DNA from: Macrostomum lignano
Taxonomy: Eukaryota
Length of the DNA: 64,000 nt
Direction: 5' to 3'
Assembly (NCBI GenBank): GCA_002269645.1
Contig: NIVC01001426.1
Span: 1 to 64,000, forward strand
This document shows positions 56,871 to 64,000 of the stretch, piece by piece. The notes under the pieces were generated by a model. The model saw nothing but the letters and a program-made list of their open reading frames with translations, ran no database searches and was not told where the DNA came from. Made by a program: the position numbers and the translations under genes. Within the stretch, counting starts at the first letter, position 1. Every line of letters begins with the position of its first letter.

Positions 56871-59800
56871 TGTTGGCTTTTCAAACGCAGTAGTGTAGCT
56901 GATCAAGTATATTTCTTAGTCAATGAGCAAAAGGGGAAAGTTAAGAGAGGATGAAGCCAGAGGCTGATTTAATAGCTTTAGTTTTAGGCATAGACAAACT
57001 TATACAGTATCGTTCTAGAAAGTTCTAAGACTTAGGGAATCTAACAAGAGTTACTATAATTAGCATAGATACAATTTACATTACTTTTTCAACACTCCCA
57101 CTTAATGAAAATTGTCTATCTATGTGGTTACAAAAATTTGTCCAGTCTTCACAAAATTCTGATTAAGATGTCAGTAAATTCAAACTCCTCTGTTACATTT
57201 TAACAACTCCAAGCATTGTTCGTAGTTGCATGAACTTGTCTTTCAGTAACAGCTTAGTAAGCGCATCTGCAACCATATCGCCAGTTGGACAGTAGACCAC
57301 CCGAATAGTCCCATTGCTGATGGCTTCACAAATGAAGTGATGTCTGATATCAATGTGCTTTGTCTGTCAACTTCCAGCAGAATTCTCACAAAGAGCAATG
57401 GTTCCTTGGTTGTCCTCGTAGATCACAGTGGGTCGCTCAGATCCTGATCTTTCAAGATCACTTAGTAGCCGCCGTAGCCACATGGCTTCTTGTGCTGCAG
57501 AGCTCAGCGCAACGTACTCAGCTTCCGTTGTTGATAGTGAAACAGTTGATTGCTTCTTGCTAAGCCAGCTGATAGCGCCACCAGATAGCTTAAACATGAT
57601 GCCAGAGGTGGAATGTCGATCATCTACATCACTCGCCCAGTCTGCATCAGAATAGCCAATCAAGTTCTCTACACTAGAGTTATACTCTAGGCCAAAGTCG
57701 ATTGTTCCCTTTAGGTATCGGAAGATGCATTTTACTGCGGTTAGATATATTTCTCGTGGTTTGTTGTTGAACTTGGAGACAACTCCCACTGCATACAAGA
57801 TGTCTGGACGTGTAGCAGTTGCTGCATAGAGCAAGCTTCCAACCATTGACTGGTAAACTCTAGAGTCAACTGGCTTGCTGCCCTCGTCGTATTTGGCTAG
57901 TTTTATGTTGGGATCCATCGAAGTTAAGGCTGGGTTCACCTCTGCAAGTCCATAGCGTTCAAGCAGTTTGGTTATGTACTGCTTCTGATTAAGCTTGACA
58001 CAGCGGTCCTCCTTGTTTGCTTGGATGTTGACACCTAGGCAGTAGTGCAACTCGCCCATGTCTTTCATCTTGAACCTTTTGGAAAGTTCATCCTTGATTT
58101 GTTGCATTTCCACCAGACTCTTCGTAATTAGTATTAGGTCATCAACGTACACAGCTAGGGCCGTGAGATCCTCCCTTTTCCTAATGAAGACAGCTGTCGG
58201 CTGAGCTTTCCTCAAAGTTAATTCTGGCTAAGTAGTCGCAAAAGGCTTTGTTCCAACAGTGGGGCGCTTGCTTAAGTCCATAAAGCGACTTCTTTAACTT
58301 GCAGACCAGCTCTTCCTCTCCTGGCTTGACAAAACTGGGTGGCTGCTCCATATGAATTTCTTTGCACAATTTGCCATTCAAAAAGGCAGTTACAACGTCC
58401 ATCTGGTAAACGTGTAATCCATGTTTAGCCGCTAATGCCAACATTGCACAAGCTGATGGGAATTTTACAACTGGCGCGAAGGTCTCTTCATAATCAATGC
58501 CGAACTTCTGTGAATAGCCCTTGGCTACAAGTCTTCCCTTAAAACTATCTACCTTGGTATCACCGTCATACTTGACCTTAAAGATCCATTTGCATCTGAT
58601 TGCCTTGCGTCCTTCAGGTAGTCGTACAAGATCCCAGGTTTCATTCTCCATTAGGGAATTATACTCTGAGTCAGCGGCAGCTTTCTATTGCTTTGTGTAG
58701 TCACCTTTCAGGGCTTTGTCAATCATTTTCAGTTCAATAATTTTGGTCATTCTGAACACAAAGTGTTCGGTTTCAGATGCCACTTTTGCACCTTCATATT
58801 TGAGACGGTCAGGGCTCTCCTTTCACGTTGAGGGTATCGCTTCTGATCAGTTTCTGTCAACACCGACTATTCCTGTTCTTGACCTGGTGTCTCTTTAGTC
58901 ATATTGGGCTCATCAAGTTCCAAGTTGAACTAGCTCGTGTCCTTGTCTCTTGCTCTATTCTTTGAGCTCCCAAAATCAGTCTCGTTGAACACTACATTGT
59001 AGCAGATGACTGTCTTTCTCAACCTTTCATCAAACAGTCTGTAGCTTCTTCTATCCGTATTGTAGCCAACAAACCGTAGCTTTTCAGCCTTCTTGTCCAG
59101 CTTCTTTCGCTTCACATCTGGTATGTGGGCATAGGCTACGCAGCCAAAAACATGAAAGTGCTTAACATCTGGCTTGCGCCCATACCAACGCTGGTATGGC
59201 GTCATTTGCGGAATAACAGCAGTCGTCATGACTTGATTTTGCACATTGCTGCAGTGTTTACTGCTTCTGCCTAGAACTGGTTGCTTACTCCAGCATGGGC
59301 CATCATTGTGCAGGCTGATTCAACGAGAGTGCGATTCATCCGTTCGGCAACGCCATTTTGCTGAGGTGTATGAGCCATGGTAGTCTCATGCCGAATGCCC
59401 TTCTGCTCCAGGAATTTTGTAAATTGGCTTGATGCATACTCTCCGCTGCCGTCAGTTCGCAGTGCTTTGATATTGAGTCCTGTTTCTGTTGTAACCATGG
59501 CCTCAAACTTCTTAAACTTATCAAGCACTTCTGACCTTTGTCGCATGAAGAAAACCTTAACGCAGCATGAGTAGTCATCAATAAAGGTGACGAAGTACTT
59601 GTTTCCACCAAATGACTCTGTTTGCATAGGACTGCATATATCGCTGTGAATTAGTTGTAGCCTATCAGTAGAGCGGATTTTGGAAATTGACCTATAAGGC
59701 TTACAGTGCATTTTGCCCTCAATACATCCTTCACAGAAGTCTACACATGCAGTCTGCAACTTAGAGATACCACTCACGAGTTGGTCTTTGCTCATTTGAT

Positions 59801-60935
59801 TTAGCTGGTGTTCGTTGACATGACCAAGGCGCTAGTGCCATAAAGTTGCACTTGTGTCTGGTGAATCAGCATTTGCTACTGCCGCAGTGTTCGCCAGCAA
59901 TTTTACTTCACAGTCAAGCTGGTACATTCTGTTAACAACAGATCCCTTTCCAACAAGGAGTCTATCCTTGTTGCGAATCCAGCATTTAGAGTGACCGAAC
60001 TGTATCACTTTATCCTTTGCTGCTGCTGCTCAAACACTAAACAGATTGCACGATAGCTGAGGCACTAGAAGTACATCTGTTACAGCTGTCTTGAAACGCT
60101 TGCCATGTGGCAAGAGCATAATGAGTTTTACCTGACCACTGCTGCAGGCCTTAACTGTTCGACCATCACCTAGGCTGACCCGTTCAGGTCTTCCAAACTG
60201 CTTATAGTTGACTAGTAGCTCTCTAGAGTATGTCATGTGGCAGGACGCTCCAGAGTCAATTATCCAGGTGGATATGTCAGAGCTGGTCTTCGCGGGCGAC
60301 ACAAAGAATGTCTTGTTGAAGCTACTTTTATGTCTATCGTCATCAGGCAAGGTTTCAGCGATGTCCCGGGTTGCAGCACTATCGGCTGTTTTGGCGACAT
60401 ACCATGCAGGTCCTTGGTCCTTGACGAACTTTTTCGCTCCTTCTGAACAACAGTCTTGGGCAAAGTGACCCATCTTTCTGCAATTGAAACATTTGATAGC
60501 ACGACGTGGCAGACCTTGGCCTTTTTGGGTCTTTAGTGCAGACTCTCCACCCTGTGTACCACCAGACCTCACTCACCTAATTCATTCCGCTTTTGCTCCT
60601 TGTTGATGAGTGCTTGGTGAACCATCTGCAGAGTAAGATCATCACCGCGAGCTTCCAAGGCAGTAACCAAGGTAGAGTAGCTCTCAGGCAGGCTGCTGAG
60701 CAGCATGACCACTTGGTCCTCTTCACTGATGGGTGCATTGATAGAGGCCATTTTGTCGGTCAGCTCCTTCATATGGCGTATATGATCCTGTATGCGGGTC
60801 CCTTCACTCATCTACAGCCAGAAAAGCAGTTTCTTCAAATAGATCTTATTCGCAGTTGATTCTCATTCAAAGTGCTGTTGGAGAGCTTGCCACATCCAAT
60901 GTGGATCTTCGCCACACTAAGTTATTAGATAGACA
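56871..60935 (-). mobile_element. Decayed, 5'-truncated Ty1/Copia LTR retrotransposon
   Basis: Gag (LLSSLPESY; CFNCRKMGHFAQDC), PR WIIDSGASCHM, IN LIHSDIC...TPQQNGVAERMNRTL, RT KGRLVAKGYSQ, MDVVTAFLNG and YVDD, RH GYSDADWA..STSG, in Copia order with many stops and frameshifts. PPT AAGTGGGAG then TGTTG at 57094; putative 3' LTR 56871-57094. Confidence 0.92.
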
Positions 60936-61170
60936 AGCTGTTGAAACCCGCGGATTTTGAACCCGGGGAATTTCAATCCCTCGAACTATTTTTGCATGTA
61001 CTCGTATTCTAAAATCTGAGGTCAAACTCAAACAAAAACTCGTTAAAATATAGTTAGGTTAGAATTAAACATAAAATAGAGTACATTCGTGAAAAATTAG
61101 GATTTGAGGCAAACATTTATATTGTTGGCTGGGGTGCTGCGAACAGGCAAACTCTGGCCTCTGCCTCTCC
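60933..61170 (+). repeat. Dispersed repeat homologous to 9262-9519
   Basis: Shared ACAAGCTGTTGAAACC..GATTTTGAACCC, GAGTACATTC and GGATTTGAGGCAAACATT.ATATTGTTGGCT.GGGTGCTGCG. Confidence 0.8.
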
Positions 61171-61199
61171 TTATGTCCCTTAGATCCTTAAAAACTTCG

Positions 61200-62269
61200 A
61201 CCTTCTCTTCTGTTTCCTCTCCTCTCTCTCGTCTCTGTCTCTTCTCTCTCTCCTCTATCCCCTATTCTCTCGTCTATTCTCTCTCCCTTCTATTCTTTTA
61301 TCCCTCCTCTCCTCCCTCCTCTCTACTCTCTACTCTCTCCTCTCTCTCCTCTCATCTCTTCTCTTCTTTCCGCTCTCCTCTCTCCTCTCTTTTATCGTCT
61401 CTTCCCTCACCTCTCTTCTCTCTCGTCTTTGCTCTCTTATCTATCTCTTCTTTCTCCTCTTTTATCTTTTCTCTCTTCTCTCTTCTCATTCTTTCTGCAT
61501 GTTTTCTCCTCTCTCTTTCCCTCTCTCTCTCTCCTCTCTCTCTCCCTCTCTCTCCTCTTATCTCTCTGCTCTCTCCTGTCCCATATCTCTTTCTCCTCTA
61601 ATCTCTCCCCTGTTTCCTCTCCTCTCTCGTCCTTTCTCCTCTTTCCCCTGTCCTCTCAGTTCTCTCCCCTCCCCTCCTCTCTCCTCACTCACTTCTCTCT
61701 CCCTTTGTCTCACCTCTCATCTCTTATTTCTATCCTTTTTTCTCTCCACTCTCCCATCTCTTATCTGTTCACTCTCGTCTCTGGTCTCTCATCTCCCCTC
61801 TCTCATCTGCCATCTTTACTCTCTTATACTCGTATGTTCTCTCACCTCTCTCATCTGTACTCTTCGATCTTTCCCCTCTTTTGACTCCTCTCTTTCCTTT
61901 CTCCTTTTTCCCTTCTCTTCTCTTCCCTCTTCTATTCTCTCCCTCTCTTGTCTTCTCTCTTCTCTCTTCACTCTCCTCTCTCCTCTCATATATCGCGTTC
62001 ACTCTCATCTTTGCTCTCTACCCCCACTCTCTTCTGTCATCTTTACTCTCCACTCTCCTGTGTACTCTTCTCTTTCCCCTCTACTGAATCCTCTCTTCTT
62101 ACTCCTCTTCTCTTCCCTCTTCTATACTCTCTCCCCTCTATTCTCTTCTCTTGTCTCTTTGCACTCTGCCCTCTCTTCCTTCATCTCTCATCTCCACAAT
62201 CTCATCTCTTTCCTCTCTTCTCTTCTTCCCTTTACTTTATCATCTCTCCTTTCTCCTCTCTTCTTTCTC

Positions 62270-62303
<34 letters not shown>

Positions 62304-62620
62304 TCTTATCTCCTCTCTTCTCACTCCTCTCTCCCTCTCTCTCCCCTCCTATCTCCTCTCTATTCTCTATTCTCTTCTCACTCTTCTCTACTCTCCTCTC
62401 TCATCGATCCTCTGTCTCATCTCTCCCCTCTTCTCTCTTCCTCTTCTCACCTCTACTCTTTCCTCTCCCTCCTGTCTCCCCTCCTCTCACTTCCTCCTCC
62501 CATATTCTCTGCTCTCTCCTCGTCCTCACCCCACTCGTCTCTCCTGTTATCTTATATCTTTTCTCTTACCCCCCTCTCGCCCTTTCTCTCTTTCTAATAG
62601 TCTATTCCTTTTCTTTTTCA
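61200..62620. repeat. CT-rich polypyrimidine low-complexity tract
   Basis: About 1.4 kb of degenerate TC repeats. Confidence 0.95.
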
Positions 62621-63439
62621 CTCTCATCTGGCCCGCAGCCATGTGCCCATGACTCCATGAGCTGGATTCTTTATCTGGCCTTTGAGTTAAAAATTTACCG
62701 ATCCCTGCTTCGAAAGCCAGTTTGTGGGATGTAGTACTATCATGGTTATCATTTCTCATGCTTTAATCACGTCACCTTTCTGGCCAATTAGCAGCCCTGA
62801 GAGGAATTTGTGTATCTCCAGCTCCACCACCACAGTCTGCACTCTGCAGCAGTCTAACAACCAAGGAAATGCGCATTTCTTAGGAGTCATTTAAATTTTA
62901 AAGTTACCCTATGCGAAACTTTATGTTAAAAGCTTCATGGTGTAACTAATTTAGTAGGTTTGCATTGTAATAAGTTATTCATTAATTTTTCGCTATTTTT
63001 ACAAACCATCCCGCATCGCCTTGATTTGCCTGTTTGCCATTCACTGTTAAACTGCTGCAGACTTGTCTATACAGAGGACAGTGGATTGAATCTCTCGCTG
63101 AAACTGTCTCTCCTCTCCACGCCTCTCCACTCGCGGGGTGCAGAGAAGGCTATTAAAAGTTATTCCAAAACACTGTACGTTGCCATGTACATTCAGCCCT
63201 ATCGCCTGACCCTTCGTCTGGGCTGGGGCAATGAGTGAGTGAGTGGCACAAACAACAGAAAAAGCAGACAAACTTCACATGCTTACAGTTTCCGTCCTGA
63301 TTGAGATACAGAGTTGAAACTTTACATTTAGATAGAGAATGAGTCAATGAAGAATTGTGTCAAGTTTAAAGTCAATCGCTTTACGTGGAGCAAACTTATG
63401 GCAGCTGAAAGTTAGTCAATTTTGAAACCCTTTTACACA

Positions 63440-63881
63440 TCTGGGCCCAGATCGGTATCGGGAAAGAGAGGCAGGCGGGCGGAGGTTGGGGTGGTTGCTA
63501 CGCTGAAAAAAACAGCCTAACTTTAAAAGTGCACAGCGGCTTTCAGGATTAACTTTGAGATTTGAAATTTTACACGATTGTGACAAAATAGTTGAAAATT
63601 GCCTGTGTCAAATTTGAAGAGAAACGGTAGAAGTGGAGCGGCGCTATGGAGGATTAAGTGAAAAAATCGCGCATTTTGAGCAGTTTTTTGCACTTTTAGG
63701 TAGGAAGACTTGAGTCTAGGAAATTAAAAGGTAGCCTAAGACATTCTCCGTAGTAAGTTTAGGGTGGGTGTAAAGTTTGGTGTAATTTGGTTGAGCGGTT
63801 TGGGAGTCCATAGCGATCAAAATTGTCCACACACAGACAGACACACACACACACAGAGTTTTGATTTTTATAGGTAGAGAT
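63440..63881 (-). mobile_element. Possible non-autonomous Helitron-like element
   Basis: Minus strand begins ATCTCTACCTATAAAAATC followed by (TG)n/TCTG, resembling the ATCTATATATATAAAA...microsatellite starts of non-autonomous Helitron-like families; other end not defined. Confidence 0.3.
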
Positions 63882-64000
63882 TAAATCTTTCTTGATTGAA
63901 AGAACGATCACTGCAACAGCTCTCTGTTGCTGCTCTCAAAATTCGTTTTCTTGCTCCTAAGTGGCATCCTCTGCGAGAATTATGGAACCGTCGATGACTC

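Noticed and set aside
61499-62734. 411 aa L/S-rich ORF (also 4992-5627 and neighbours)
   Set aside because: Result of stop-poor CT low-complexity sequence; no domain signal.

Overview
Eukaryotic (metazoan) genomic DNA with GT-AG introns. The GC-rich poly-Q/poly-A coding style, the RTE and Penelope elements and the dense 19-33 bp minisatellites suggest a free-living flatworm such as Macrostomum (inference, not verified). Host genes reconstructed by hand: a frameshifted MYRF homolog (- strand, about 0.1-3.4 kb); four co-oriented + strand genes (MTPAP/TUTase-like, C7orf25-like, a NAXD-like protein with degenerate catalytic motifs, UTP3/SAS10) whose introns and spacers are filled with tandem arrays; a secreted F-type lectin; and a single-exon PAN + C-type lectin. 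Mobile DNA: a full-length Ty3/Gypsy element with apparently identical 337 bp LTRs, GAGA TSD, tRNA-Arg PBS and a -1 frameshift signal; a decayed Copia; a Penelope-like element bracketed by minimal hammerhead ribozymes; an RTE LINE 3' end; tRNA-derived SINEs; several MITEs; and three tRNA-Leu-PBS LTR relics. Most unusual observations: a 292 bp MITE carrying a 63 nt copy of the 28S rRNA R2/I-PpoI target region in which the cleavage core is the most diverged part; paired hammerheads; a probable NAXD pseudo-enzyme; and a possible trans-spliced operon. No CRISPR or prokaryotic system is supported. Repeat boundaries are approximate and identities were estimated by eye.
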